Source: a virus
Reading direction: 5' to 3' (one strand)
DNA length: 64,000 nucleotides
Virus record (IMG/VR): IMGVR_UViG_3300009180_003294
Span: 2,323 to 66,322 of that record
Numbering within the stretch: the first letter of the stretch is position 1; each line of letters opens with the position of its first letter. The notes beneath the pieces were generated by a model. It was not told where the DNA came from and did no database searches. It worked only from the letters and a program-made list of their open reading frames with translations. A program made the translations under genes and the position numbers. Shown one piece after another: positions 1-9,436 of this stretch.

Positions 1-1
1 T

Positions 2-136
2 ATCAACGACATAGTCAAAAGAAGAGAACAAGAAAAGAATAAAACAGGTCCTGGAAGTAATACAAGACCTAGACCAACAAAATCGGATGTTGGTGTATTA
101 ATAAATCCGAGACATAAATTAGGTGATGGCGGCTAA
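2..136 (+). CDS. 3' end of an upstream gene truncated by the window edge (probably structural module)
   Basis: Frame 2 is open from the window start (INDIVKRREQ...HKLGDGG) to TAA at 134-136, 2 nt before the next ATG. Confidence 0.45.
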   Translation: MNDIVKRREQEKNKTGPGSNTRPRPTKSDVGVLINPRHKLGDGG

Positions 137-138
137 AA

Positions 139-3087
139 ATGGCAGATACATATTATTCGAGATTAACCATTGTTAATCCACAAAACGTAAACAAATTAGA
201 TCCTAGGCTAGGAGTAGTTATTTCAGAAACTGCGGCCACTGGTAGATTTGTCATGGGAGAGATCAATTGGGACAATTTAGTAAGTCCTAACTTTCAAACC
301 AGTGTAGCATACAACGGCTATGGAGATTTAAAAATCTTTGAACCCATGGGTTTTACATTCTTTGATTATATAAGAGCTGCCGCCTTTGAAGTAGGCTGTG
401 ATAATCATTTAGATGCAAGATTCTTATTGGAGATAGAAATACTTGCTGAAGATTTTATCAGCGAAACTGGCATAGACAGTCCTTTTAAATACGTTTGGCC
501 TATTATGTTGATAAGCACAGACGTTAAAAGCAGTGTCAGTGAAAAAGGCAGTGAGTATGTATTAAAGTTCATTCATGCAAATCATCACAGTCAAACGGAT
601 TTGGTACAGCCAATTAAAGATACTACTAAGATTCAAGTAGAAAATGTTAAAACATTCTTTGAACTATTATCTGTAGAATTGGAAAGTAAAGAATATAGAT
701 ATGCAGAAGCAAGACAAAAGGCTGGCAGCGGAGAAATTAAATCCGGTCCACATCCAGCGGCACTAGATGATTTCCACGACGAGTATCACTTTCTTGTACA
801 ACCGGATATAGAAAATTTTACATTTACCAGTAAAGGCAAAGCAGATCCAGCAGTAAAGGAATCGTTTTTATCTCGCTTTGGAATAGGCAAACAAAAATGG
901 GACATTACTGCTCGACCAGGAACAACTATTATTTCTTGGATTAACAGAGTGTTGATGAGTACTAAAGAAGTGTCTGACTTAATGCCTGGTAAAAAGCAAG
1001 GACAAAAGCAGGGTGCCAGCGGTAGTAGTGAAGCTAATAAAAAAATCATTGAAGACAATATGGGCAAGCCATATCAATTCTTTAGAATTGAAACTTATAC
1101 AGTCAATAAAAACTTTGACTACATTCGAGGTCGTTATGCAGTAAAACATATCTTTTTAATATTCTTAGCCGATCAGCCAAACATGTATCAGTATCCCGAC
1201 GAACTTGACTTATTGAATAGACAATCAAGCAAAGACAAAGTTATTAGCAAGCTGAGATATTATATTCAAGAAGGACTATTGCGAAAAGTATATTATCATA
1301 ACTACACAGGTTTGAATACAGATATTATTAAAGTAGATCTACAGTTTAATCAAAGTTATAGTTTGCCCAGTTTTCCAGTTATATGGACAGATCGAGGACA
1401 AACCGGACCAGGAGCAATGAATGTACAAAATTATAGAAAAGATGTAACACCTTATGTACAAAATGATAAGAATGGTGTTGCACGTAAAGAACTTAAAGAA
1501 TTACAACAAAGTGCTATTGTAGCATCTGCTGAAATAAACAGAAAAGGCACAGATAAAGCAAGAAAAGCCGCCTTGGAAAACTATATTCAAACAATTAATA
1601 AAGCGATTGTTGAAAAAGAAAATGTACTGAGAGCAAAAGAAAAAGCATCACAGCCGACTAACTCTATTAATAATAGAACAGAGTTATTAGAAACTATGTC
1701 TCCAAAGTTTGCCGAAGACGTAGACTTTAAGAAAATTTACAATGAAATTTTATCTATTAATTATTCTAGTCTAAGACCTAGAATGGAACCAGATGTAATT
1801 GGTGAAGACATAGACATCGCAAAATCAGAAAACGAAAAGTTAATGGAAAAAATCTTTACGGTGCTATTAGCGCCAAGAGATTTGATTGACTTGGAGTTAG
1901 AAATAATAGCAGATCCTTATTGGTTAGGCATGCCCAACGTTATGTTAGCGGGCAAAGACCAATTAGACAAAATAGAATTTTCCAGCAGTAATGATGAACA
2001 GATTAAAAATTTACTTATAGATAGCCTTGGCGGCGTAGATGGTAAGCCAGGATTAGATCCAGATTGGGGTACTAGAGGCAACGCATGGGGAGGCTACGGC
2101 CAAGCGCAATTTTACAAAGGTGCTAATTTATTTTATTTTAATAGTCAAGCGCCTACAGCAGACTGGGATAATAATGATACAATGCTGTTTAATACCACAG
2201 ATCAAATTCTTGGAATCTACCAAGTTTGGTCAGTGACAAATTCTTTTAAAGAAGGTAAGTGGACTCAGAAATTAAAAGCAAGAAAAGATCTTACTATACC
2301 TAGTTATATATTACCCAAAGGGGTAGTAGGTGAAGTTACATTTGAACAGTTTATGACAAGTGCCATAGAAAGCGATGTAAGGGAAGCAGACAAAGTAAAC
2401 GAATTACGACTACAAGCTCAACGAGAAAGAACAGGTGCCGCTCAACTGGATAATTTATCCGGCGAATCTGGCATGGGAGCCGCTGGCGTTGTTCGCGGCG
2501 ATGTTAACAATTCGTCCACTCCTGTACTAACTGCTTTAAATAGTTATAGGGAAAAAATTGCAAATAATCCACCTCCAGTTGTAAATGACCCAGTTGCAAA
2601 TGCTAAAAAACTCATGACAGATCGTCCGCAACAGTACGATAAAGAAACAGCATACTCTGCCGCCAAAGAACAATATATCGCAGAAACCAAAGCTCACTTT
2701 GAATATACTAATAAATTATCGGCAGAATCATATGCAGAGGCAGGCATTTCTAATTATAAACCATATCCAGCAGAAACACTGGCAGCAGAAGTATTACAAA
2801 AAAGTGGCAGCGGGGGATTAGAAGATTGGAAACGAAATAATACAATGCGTCCGGGACCGGCCGCTGTTAACAATCCTGGTGGGTTGGGCTACGATGTCAG
2901 AACTGGAACATATAATAAGTATGAAACATTCAATGATGGTGTTAAGGGAACAACTGAATATTATAACTTTGGCATTGGCGTTCCGCCAAGTGGTAATCAA
3001 GGTCAGGATAGATTATTATTACCCAGCGATTGGAAAGGCTCAGCCAGTGATTATATTATTAAAAAATCAAAAAGAGGAAGAATTTAA
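139..3087 (+). CDS. Putative baseplate hub / tail-associated structural protein
   Basis: 982-aa ORF directly upstream of the gp5-like gene. 'LEIIADPYWLG' and 'GIYQVWSVTNSFKEGKWTQKL' resemble hub (gp27/VgrG-like) proteins of large myoviruses. The call rests largely on synteny. Confidence 0.55.
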   Translation: MADTYYSRLTIVNPQNVNKLDPRLGVVISETAATGRFVMGEINWDNLVSPNFQTSVAYNGYGDLKIFEPMGFTFFDYIRAAAFEVGCDNHLDARFLLEIEILAEDFISETGIDSPFKYVWPIMLISTDVKSSVSEKGSEYVLKFIHANHHSQTDLVQPIKDTTKIQVENVKTFFELLSVELESKEYRYAEARQKAGSGEIKSGPHPAALDDFHDEYHFLVQPDIENFTFTSKGKADPAVKESFLSRFGIGKQKWDITARPGTTIISWINRVLMSTKEVSDLMPGKKQGQKQGASGSSEANKKIIEDNMGKPYQFFRIETYTVNKNFDYIRGRYAVKHIFLIFLADQPNMYQYPDELDLLNRQSSKDKVISKLRYYIQEGLLRKVYYHNYTGLNTDIIKVDLQFNQSYSLPSFPVIWTDRGQTGPGAMNVQNYRKDVTPYVQNDKNGVARKELKELQQSAIVASAEINRKGTDKARKAALENYIQTINKAIVEKENVLRAKEKASQPTNSINNRTELLETMSPKFAEDVDFKKIYNEILSINYSSLRPRMEPDVIGEDIDIAKSENEKLMEKIFTVLLAPRDLIDLELEIIADPYWLGMPNVMLAGKDQLDKIEFSSSNDEQIKNLLIDSLGGVDGKPGLDPDWGTRGNAWGGYGQAQFYKGANLFYFNSQAPTADWDNNDTMLFNTTDQILGIYQVWSVTNSFKEGKWTQKLKARKDLTIPSYILPKGVVGEVTFEQFMTSAIESDVREADKVNELRLQAQRERTGAAQLDNLSGESGMGAAGVVRGDVNNSSTPVLTALNSYREKIANNPPPVVNDPVANAKKLMTDRPQQYDKETAYSAAKEQYIAETKAHFEYTNKLSAESYAEAGISNYKPYPAETLAAEVLQKSGSGGLEDWKRNNTMRPGPAAVNNPGGLGYDVRTGTYNKYETFNDGVKGTTEYYNFGIGVPPSGNQGQDRLLLPSDWKGSASDYIIKKSKRGRI

Positions 3088-5412
3088 ATGACAGGTCCAA
3101 TGAATCCATTCGGACAGAAAAAAGTCCCACAAAACTATACTGGCAATACTAATAATAAAGGTGTTGCTAATAGTCCTGGTATATATGTCGGTATTGTTAA
3201 GAAAAATGACGACCCTCAGCACATGGGAAGACTACAGGTATGGATCGAAGAATTTGGCGGAGATCCCGATGTTGAAGCTAGTTGGATAGGAGTGAGCTAT
3301 GCCAGTCCATTCGGCGGATCGACCAGCATTTATGATCAAGGCACTAATGTAAAAGAATATGACGACACGATTAAAAGTTATGGCTTTTGGGCAGTACCTC
3401 CAGATTTAGACGCCAGGGTATTAGTTGGATTTGCGGCCGGAAAGTTAGATAAAGGTTTTTGGTTTGCTTGTTTATTTCAACGAGGTACACAAGTTAGTAT
3501 TCCTGGAATTCCTTATAAAAATACATTGACAGGAGAAAATAAACCAGCCGCTCCAAAGAATAGAAAAGACACTGATCCTGATTTAGAAAAATACGTAGAG
3601 CACAAACCAATGAGCAATGCTCTCAAGCAACAGGGTCTTGAAGGTGACACCATTCGAGGAGTAACTACCAGCAGTGTGACTAGAGAAACACCAAGCAAGG
3701 TCATGGGTATACTAACTCCGGGACAACATCAATTTGTCATGGATGACGGAGACAAAGACGGTAACAGTAAATTAATCAGACTTCGTACTACCAGCGGCAC
3801 CCAGCTATTATTAGATGATACAAGTGGACATGTTTATATTATCAGCAAAGCCGGCGAAAGCTGGATGGAACTCAGCGCCGATGGCAGAGTACATATTTAC
3901 GGCAGCAAAGATATCAGCATTAGAACACAGGAGAATTTAAATCTCTACGCAGACAAAGATGTTAATATTGAAGCTGGTATGAATGTCAATATCAAAGCTG
4001 GCGCAGATGTACATGCAGAAGCAGCCGAAAACGTAAGAACAAGAGCAGGGCTAGATACAACTATAACAAGTTTGATATCCAGTAATATCAACAGTTCGCT
4101 GGGACACTATGAAACAGCGGGAGTTATACATATGAATGGACCTGAAGCAAGTACCACAGATTCAATCGTATTAAATTCTTTAATAGTTAATCAAGGTGTC
4201 ACCGAAAGTATTTGTTCCACAGTTCCAGAACACGAACCTTGGTTTGGTCATAGCAGTAGTATAAATCCCGTGGGCCCAGGAAATCAACAAATGCAAAAAG
4301 ATCCGGCACCTGCACAGACTCCTCGACAACCTAAAGAAAACGAACAAGGTCTGCCTATTAATAAACAAGTATCAGAAGTTGTAGAAGTTGATGTAAATGC
4401 CGCTGTTACCAGCGAACAAGCACAGGCAAAGATAAAGGAGAATAATGGCTATTCTCCGGTTAATCACGATGATGGTAAAGGACAAAGTGCAGGATTTGCC
4501 AGCAAAGTATCTGATATGCCCGCATCAAATCCCAACCAAACAGATGCAGAAACTGCCAGGTTAAATAGACAAAATGCAGAGATACAGCGTTCACAACTAT
4601 CCGACGCAATAACCCGGGCTAATGTAGCTACAACTCAAGCAGAAGCAAAAGGTCTTGCAGTTCTAAACTCTTTAACTTCGCCATTCGTTCCTGGCGGCAA
4701 CACGGGCTCAATAGATCAGGCTATTAATAATTTAAATGATCCTAATGCAGAACCGTATACCGGAGATGATCCTATAGTTAAAGCAAGGCTTGCTAGAGCT
4801 AAAGGAAATGATAAATTTACAAATCCGGAGTTATTTACACAAGGTGTAACTGCTGATAAAGCTAATCAACTATTTGCCAATGATCTAACAAAGAATGAAT
4901 CAGGCGTTAAGACAATGCTGTCGGGAGCGGGTGTAAGCAAACTTCCACAAAACGCATTTGACAGTTTGGTAAGTTATCAAAATCAAACAGGCGATGCCAG
5001 TTATGCTTATGTCAAAGGTGAAAAGATTGACTTAACCAGTATGTATAAAAATGGTGAATGGGATAGGGCCGCTGGCTTTATTGCCGCAGATGAAAGAGAT
5101 CGTCCAAGAAGAATCCAAGAAGCCGCGATAATGGCAAACAACAACTATGGCAGAATTGCCACAGAAGAACAAGTAATTAATCAAGGACTGTCACAGTCTA
5201 ATGAGTTACTGCGTAAAGATCAGCTTAACAAGCAAACCGGTAATGCAGTTACTCCACAGCAGGCATTTGCTCTTGGTAGTAGCTATCTTGCACAAACCGG
5301 AACTGCTTTACCTAGTCTAAGTTTTTCAACTAACGCTGTTATTAAAGCAAATGCTTTAACGGGCGATATAACACAGGTCCTTAGAAAACAACGGGGACCG
5401 TGGCCCTATTAA
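3088..5412 (+). CDS. Baseplate central spike (gp5/VgrG-like) with C-terminal degenerate lysozyme-like domain
   Basis: N-terminal OB-fold signature 'GIVKKNDDPQHMGRLQVWI...VPPDLDARVLVGF', beta-helix-type repeats 'DVNIEAGMNVNIKAGADVH', and C-terminal GH24-like segments 'LPQNAFDSLVSY...RRIQEA'. Confidence 0.8.
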   Translation: MTGPMNPFGQKKVPQNYTGNTNNKGVANSPGIYVGIVKKNDDPQHMGRLQVWIEEFGGDPDVEASWIGVSYASPFGGSTSIYDQGTNVKEYDDTIKSYGFWAVPPDLDARVLVGFAAGKLDKGFWFACLFQRGTQVSIPGIPYKNTLTGENKPAAPKNRKDTDPDLEKYVEHKPMSNALKQQGLEGDTIRGVTTSSVTRETPSKVMGILTPGQHQFVMDDGDKDGNSKLIRLRTTSGTQLLLDDTSGHVYIISKAGESWMELSADGRVHIYGSKDISIRTQENLNLYADKDVNIEAGMNVNIKAGADVHAEAAENVRTRAGLDTTITSLISSNINSSLGHYETAGVIHMNGPEASTTDSIVLNSLIVNQGVTESICSTVPEHEPWFGHSSSINPVGPGNQQMQKDPAPAQTPRQPKENEQGLPINKQVSEVVEVDVNAAVTSEQAQAKIKENNGYSPVNHDDGKGQSAGFASKVSDMPASNPNQTDAETARLNRQNAEIQRSQLSDAITRANVATTQAEAKGLAVLNSLTSPFVPGGNTGSIDQAINNLNDPNAEPYTGDDPIVKARLARAKGNDKFTNPELFTQGVTADKANQLFANDLTKNESGVKTMLSGAGVSKLPQNAFDSLVSYQNQTGDASYAYVKGEKIDLTSMYKNGEWDRAAGFIAADERDRPRRIQEAAIMANNNYGRIATEEQVINQGLSQSNELLRKDQLNKQTGNAVTPQQAFALGSSYLAQTGTALPSLSFSTNAVIKANALTGDITQVLRKQRGPWPY

Positions 5413-5777
5413 TTTTTTAAGAACTGCGCCAATTCAGGTGCAGTCCATCCTTGGGGCTTGAGAACTTTACCATCTTCACGTTTGCGAACCTTCCCGGTTA
5501 TGGGATCAATCTTGGCAAAGTTAGTTCGCATGACTTCATTCCATGCACCTTCGCCGTCAGCACCCATGCTATGGATAGCACCAACTGTAACGACCAAAAT
5601 GTCAATAAGTGCATCTAGTTGTTCCTCACGATCGTCTGACAACGTTGCCTCTAGTAATTCTTGATGTTCTTCGGTGATAAGATTAGTATACAAGGCAAAC
5701 TGCCCTTCATTAAACTCACCCACTGTTTGATCGCAGGCAGTCATAAATCGTTCTTGGTCTCTAAAAGGATTTGTCAT
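5409..5777 (-). CDS. MazG-like / PRA-PH-like nucleoside triphosphate pyrophosphohydrolase
   Basis: 'LITEEHQELLEA...EQLDALIDILVV' (EExxE...D motif) and 'EVMRTNFAK...RKREDGKVLKPQGW'. Start moved to ATG 5777 (ATGA overlap with the upstream stop). Confidence 0.8.
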   Translation of the reverse strand: MTNPFRDQERFMTACDQTVGEFNEGQFALYTNLITEEHQELLEATLSDDREEQLDALIDILVVTVGAIHSMGADGEGAWNEVMRTNFAKIDPITGKVRKREDGKVLKPQGWTAPELAQFLKN

Positions 5778-6004
5778 TTTGTTAGTTCTTCCATAAAGTG
5801 TTCGTGTACGGGTTGATGTGCTACTGGCTTCAACCATCCATTGTTGATACATTCAACAATGATTAGTTTATATTCCCTGGGGCATTTATCGTCGATTTGA
5901 AAACCAGCCCTGGGTACTATAACAATATTATCTGGACTAAAATGAAATCCAGGTTCTTTATTTGTATAGGTCTTATACTTTAGTCTTGAGTTTGTTGTAA
6001 ACAT
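5774..6004 (-). CDS. Hypothetical phage protein
   Basis: 76-aa ORF coupled by a 4-nt overlap to the downstream gene. Confidence 0.6.
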   Translation of the reverse strand: MFTTNSRLKYKTYTNKEPGFHFSPDNIVIVPRAGFQIDDKCPREYKLIIVECINNGWLKPVAHQPVHEHFMEELTK

Positions 6005-6134
6005 TTTTAATACTTTGAAAAAGATTATAAAATCTCATAGAATGAGAATTAATTATAGGTCTGTGAAGAGGACATCGTCCTTGATTGTAATCACAGAGAA
6101 TCGAATATTCTTGGCGGCAAGTAGTGCATTTCAT
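5973..6134 (-). CDS. Small Cys/His-rich (zinc-finger-like) protein, absent from the ORF track
   Basis: Manual translation gives MKCTTCRQEYSILCDYNQGRCPLHRPIINSHSMRFYNLFQSIKNVYNKLKTKV (53 aa). ATGA overlap with the upstream stop, and it fills the gap in the operon. Confidence 0.65.
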   Translation of the reverse strand: MKCTTCRQEYSILCDYNQGRCPLHRPIINSHSMRFYNLFQSIKNVYNKLKTKV

Positions 6135-6367
6135 TTTTTAAGATTATCCATGATAAGTTGCTCGGCCTCTTCTTGCCTGCGTTTTGAATCACATTCAATT
6201 GCTTTGATAAACATTAGTTCTACTAGTTCTGACATGATTTTTTTACCAGGATCGTATAAATGTGAATATTGGGAACCCACACTGCTTACATAAGACTGCT
6301 CTTTATTTCGAATAGTGGCCATTAGCTGTGCCGCTAGTATTTGGCCTATTTCTTTTTCAGTGAACAC
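6131..6367 (-). CDS. Hypothetical phage protein
   Basis: ORF 6131..6520 overlaps the upstream gene. The probable start is GTG 6367, just after that gene's stop. Confidence 0.55.
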   Translation of the reverse strand: MFTEKEIGQILAAQLMATIRNKEQSYVSSVGSQYSHLYDPGKKIMSELVELMFIKAIECDSKRRQEEAEQLIMDNLKK

Positions 6368-6371
6368 GGCA

Positions 6372-6689
6372 TTACCCTTTTTTAAGGAGTTCGATGAACG
6401 CAATCTTTCCAATGCTTTCTCCAAAATCCTCGTCATTGTTAATAATATGTAAGCTCGTATTGTTTCGATCTGTTTTTTGATCATAGTGACTGATTTCGAC
6501 AATTTTGCCTCCTGAAGCATTGTATATTGTAAATCTCAAAGGTTCGGTTGCACTGCTTAATGTACTATGACCGTGATGTCTAGCACTATTAATAGAATTC
6601 ACTTTTATATCGCTGCCATAAGGATCCCTTGATGCCTCTTGCATTGGCCATAAAAAGTTGTGTAGTTTTGTTCGTAACCAGTTTTTCAT
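6372..6689 (-). CDS. Hypothetical phage protein
   Basis: 105-aa ORF with ATGA coupling and a GGAGAG RBS-like sequence upstream. Confidence 0.65.
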   Translation of the reverse strand: MKNWLRTKLHNFLWPMQEASRDPYGSDIKVNSINSARHHGHSTLSSATEPLRFTIYNASGGKIVEISHYDQKTDRNNTSLHIINNDEDFGESIGKIAFIELLKKG

Positions 6690-6985
6690 AATCTCTCTCC
6701 TTGATTGTCATAAATCACGTATCTATTCTTTTCATAGTCCCAGTGCCTGTTATCGTATATACTTGCATTAAAACTGTAGCCGAACAGTCCCAGACGGAGC
6801 GTGGCGCCTGCATGATCGCATCGAGTTTTTATAGTAAAGTCAATCTCGACAATGCAGCCATTCTTTATCAGCTCAAACTCCCAAAACTTGTTCTTTAAAG
6901 GAGTACTGCCGGACCAATTGCGAATGTTCTTAAAATTCCAATCTCGAAAGCTGGGATTTTGTATAGCTATTATAATGGCTATCAT
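6686..6985 (-). CDS. Hypothetical phage protein
   Basis: 99-aa ORF with ATGA overlaps at both ends. Confidence 0.6.
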   Translation of the reverse strand: MIAIIIAIQNPSFRDWNFKNIRNWSGSTPLKNKFWEFELIKNGCIVEIDFTIKTRCDHAGATLRLGLFGYSFNASIYDNRHWDYEKNRYVIYDNQGERL

Positions 6986-7203
6986 ACAAACTTGCCGAGA
7001 CCTAACCAGATCAGTTGTTCAAGTTCTGTTTGATAGTCTTGACCTAATCTACGTTTTTCATAGATAGACATCAAGATGCTTTTGCCATCACCGTAGTCTG
7101 TGGCACCGGCTCCACGTGAGTCTAGTTCTTCAATTAGATCATCGGTTTCAAAGTCTGACAAGTCGACATCCACTTCAACTTCTTTGTACATAGTTTTATA
7201 CAT
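6982..7203 (-). CDS. Hypothetical acidic phage protein
   Basis: 73-aa ORF with AAGGA RBS upstream. Confidence 0.65.
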   Translation of the reverse strand: MYKTMYKEVEVDVDLSDFETDDLIEELDSRGAGATDYGDGKSILMSIYEKRRLGQDYQTELEQLIWLGLGKFV

Positions 7204-7223
7204 ATATTTCCTTATACAGTTCG

Positions 7224-7475
7224 TTAATCTGTGTATTCACGCAATGCCTTAATATCCCTGTGTTTTACTATTATAACATGATGTATTTGTTTGTCAAACC
7301 TGATGGGCAAATCCAAATGCACACTAATACGCGGCCCTTCTGTGTGATTGATTACTGTGTCGTTGCCAACTGTTCCGATAAATGGAATTTTATTCCAATA
7401 ACCAAACACTCGATCTCCAAGGTACCATGTTGGTTTGTATCCAATTTTTTCAAAGTAATCAGTTTGATTGCCCAT
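7224..7475 (-). CDS. Hypothetical phage protein
   Basis: 83-aa ORF overlapping the ligase stop by 1 nt (TAATG). Confidence 0.6.
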   Translation of the reverse strand: MGNQTDYFEKIGYKPTWYLGDRVFGYWNKIPFIGTVGNDTVINHTEGPRISVHLDLPIRFDKQIHHVIIVKHRDIKALREYTD

Positions 7476-8791
7476 TATAGTTTTTCTCCTGCTTCAAATC
7501 CGCGGAAGCGTAGAAATCTAGGAAATCGCAGACTATATGTGCCGTCTTGGTTCTGTGTAACAGCATCTGCTCTTACTTCAACCACTGCTCCAAAAAGTGT
7601 ATTACGACTAGTCCAATAGTCAATGCGGTCATTATCAGTGAACCCGCTACCACAATTAACTTGAATAAACTTGCCTCCGTCGTCTCCACTGCATATGAGC
7701 GCACCCAATCGTCCTTCATTTCGTCCTGTACCTTCTTCAACACCCTGTACCTCCAAACTTACTTCAATAAAAGGCTTTAGTTTTAACCAAGCATGACTTC
7801 GCTTGCATTCATAAGGAGCCATAGGATCCTTGATCATAATGCCTTCATAGCCGCCTTCGATGGCCAGTGCATTGATCTCTTTGTATTTGCGTTGTCCTGC
7901 TTCAGAGTCCAAATCTACAAGTTCTTGTCCCACCATTGTCATATTAGGCAATGAATCTTGATGATGATTCATAAACTCTGTTAAATGATTACTGCGGAAT
8001 TCCTGTGTAGCATTCCAAGTGCCTCGTTCAAAATGTACCAACGGAATACAATCAAACAAATGTAGCACAGCATCCTCGGCTTGTACGTCACTTTTACGAT
8101 GCACCTGCTTCATTAAGTCCTGGAAACTACTGCTCATGATCTCGCCATCAAATACCCAAGGCTCTAATAATGTGTCTGCAATAGCGGCAAACTGCTCTGC
8201 TATATGTGGAAAATTGACAAACTCTTTGCCATTGCGACTAAACATATTGACACGGCCATCAGGGTGTACAATAGTGATAACACGAACACCATCAAGTTTA
8301 ACTTCGATAAATCTCTTCCCTGTGACTTTGCTTTCATGGTTAGCACTATCGTGAGCAAGCTGACAGCCAAAAACAGGAATAGCATAATCAGCATATTTCT
8401 TCTCCACTACTTTGTTAATTGTTTTTTCGCTGACACCACAGCGTAGATCTTTGATAAGGATACGACGATACCAATCGTTCCATTGTGCATTAGTACAGTT
8501 AGACATTAATTGGTCAATGGTATCGCGAGCAAGATTGCCAGTGATTTGACGAGTAACAAAACCAGTGAGTACTAGGGTAAATGAATCCCAATCAACACCA
8601 GGACCATCAGGACCACTGCGTTCTGGAACTTGTTTAATACCAAATGTAATTGTACTGTCTAGTGCAAGACGACAGCCATGAAAAAATTCATCGTTACCTG
8701 CTTCTGCTTGAGCCAGGATAATTTGTTCTTTGTTAGTGCGAAGATTGTGGTCTTCTAAACTACTGATAACATAATAGCAGGGATCGGACAT
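7475..8791 (-). CDS. lig: ATP-dependent DNA ligase
   Basis: Motif I 'EVKLDGVR', motif III 'VFDGEI', motif IV 'EGIMIKD', motif V 'WLKLK' and OB-fold 'SLRFPRF'. GGAG RBS. Confidence 0.95.
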   Translation of the reverse strand: MSDPCYYVISSLEDHNLRTNKEQIILAQAEAGNDEFFHGCRLALDSTITFGIKQVPERSGPDGPGVDWDSFTLVLTGFVTRQITGNLARDTIDQLMSNCTNAQWNDWYRRILIKDLRCGVSEKTINKVVEKKYADYAIPVFGCQLAHDSANHESKVTGKRFIEVKLDGVRVITIVHPDGRVNMFSRNGKEFVNFPHIAEQFAAIADTLLEPWVFDGEIMSSSFQDLMKQVHRKSDVQAEDAVLHLFDCIPLVHFERGTWNATQEFRSNHLTEFMNHHQDSLPNMTMVGQELVDLDSEAGQRKYKEINALAIEGGYEGIMIKDPMAPYECKRSHAWLKLKPFIEVSLEVQGVEEGTGRNEGRLGALICSGDDGGKFIQVNCGSGFTDNDRIDYWTSRNTLFGAVVEVRADAVTQNQDGTYSLRFPRFLRFRGFEAGEKL

Positions 8792-8800
8792 GTTGTCTCC

Positions 8801-8840
8801 AAAAAAAGTCTCTATGCCATATTATAACAGCATAGAGACT
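8801..8840 (-). terminator. Intrinsic terminator-like hairpin overlapping the ligase promoter
   Basis: 11-bp inverted repeat AGTCTCTATGC (8807-8817) / GCATAGAGACT (8830-8840), followed on the minus strand by a T-run. Confidence 0.65.
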
Positions 8841-8849
8841 CTGTGTCAA
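8821..8849 (-). promoter_or_regulatory. Sigma70-type promoter for ligase operon
   Basis: Minus strand TTGACA-17 nt-TATAAT, perfect consensus with TGn extension. Confidence 0.85.
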
Positions 8850-9140
8850 TTATTTTTTGGCAATTTGTTTTGCTGCCTCAAAAATACGCATGGCATCTTG
8901 CAAACGAAAGTTTTCCTGACGATAGTGCCAATCTTTTTTACGTTGTGCTATGTCTAGCGCATCCATTAATGTATATTTGTCTTTTAAATTATTTGTTTGC
9001 ATTAACATAGAAGACATATCTACAATATCTAACGCATACTCTACCCATTTGTGTGTGCTATTAATTTTATCTTTTTTGAGAAAAACTAATTTACTTGAAC
9101 CCGTTTTTGCATACTTTTGTTTGTAATTTGCTACATTCAT
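8850..9140 (-). CDS. Hypothetical phage protein
   Basis: 96-aa ORF with its own consensus promoter upstream. Confidence 0.65.
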   Translation of the reverse strand: MNVANYKQKYAKTGSSKLVFLKKDKINSTHKWVEYALDIVDMSSMLMQTNNLKDKYTLMDALDIAQRKKDWHYRQENFRLQDAMRIFEAAKQIAKK

Positions 9141-9171
9141 AAAATACTCGCTTGTTGTGGTACAAGCAAGT

Positions 9172-9200
9172 ATTATACAATATTATCGAATTTGTGTCAA
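9172..9200 (-). promoter_or_regulatory. Sigma70-type promoter
   Basis: Minus strand TTGACA-17 nt-TATAAT, perfect consensus. Confidence 0.85.
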
Positions 9201-9410
9201 TTATTCGTAGTGATGTTCTTGCATAAGCTCATGCCGTTTCCGGTAAAGCATGGTTAGCTCGTCTTTGAGTTTGAGTTTTTCTTTTTTAAGTGTTTCTACT
9301 TGATATTCGTCCCAAGATTTTTGGGACACGATTTGTTCGATTTGTCTTGCTACTTGGGTGTGACGATTGTCCACAGTTCTGATGTGATGTTCCAGTGAGT
9401 CGATGTCCAT
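9201..9410 (-). CDS. DUF465/YdcH-like small coiled-coil protein
   Basis: 'VETLKKEKLKLKDEL' matches the DUF465 signature. AAGGAG RBS before ATG 9410. Confidence 0.7.
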   Translation of the reverse strand: MDIDSLEHHIRTVDNRHTQVARQIEQIVSQKSWDEYQVETLKKEKLKLKDELTMLYRKRHELMQEHHYE

Positions 9411-9436
9411 TTCAATCTCCTTAAAAATTGTCATAG

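Noticed and set aside
6015-6293. Plus-strand 92-aa ORF and similar short ORFs opposite the minus-strand operon
   Set aside because: They overlap a tightly coupled minus-strand gene string, including the 53-aa Cys-rich ORF.
7211-7226. Similar short sequence CTTATACAGTT(T)CGTT here and at about 62371-62386
   Set aside because: There are only two imperfect copies, one inside a coding end. This is plausible by chance in AT-rich DNA.
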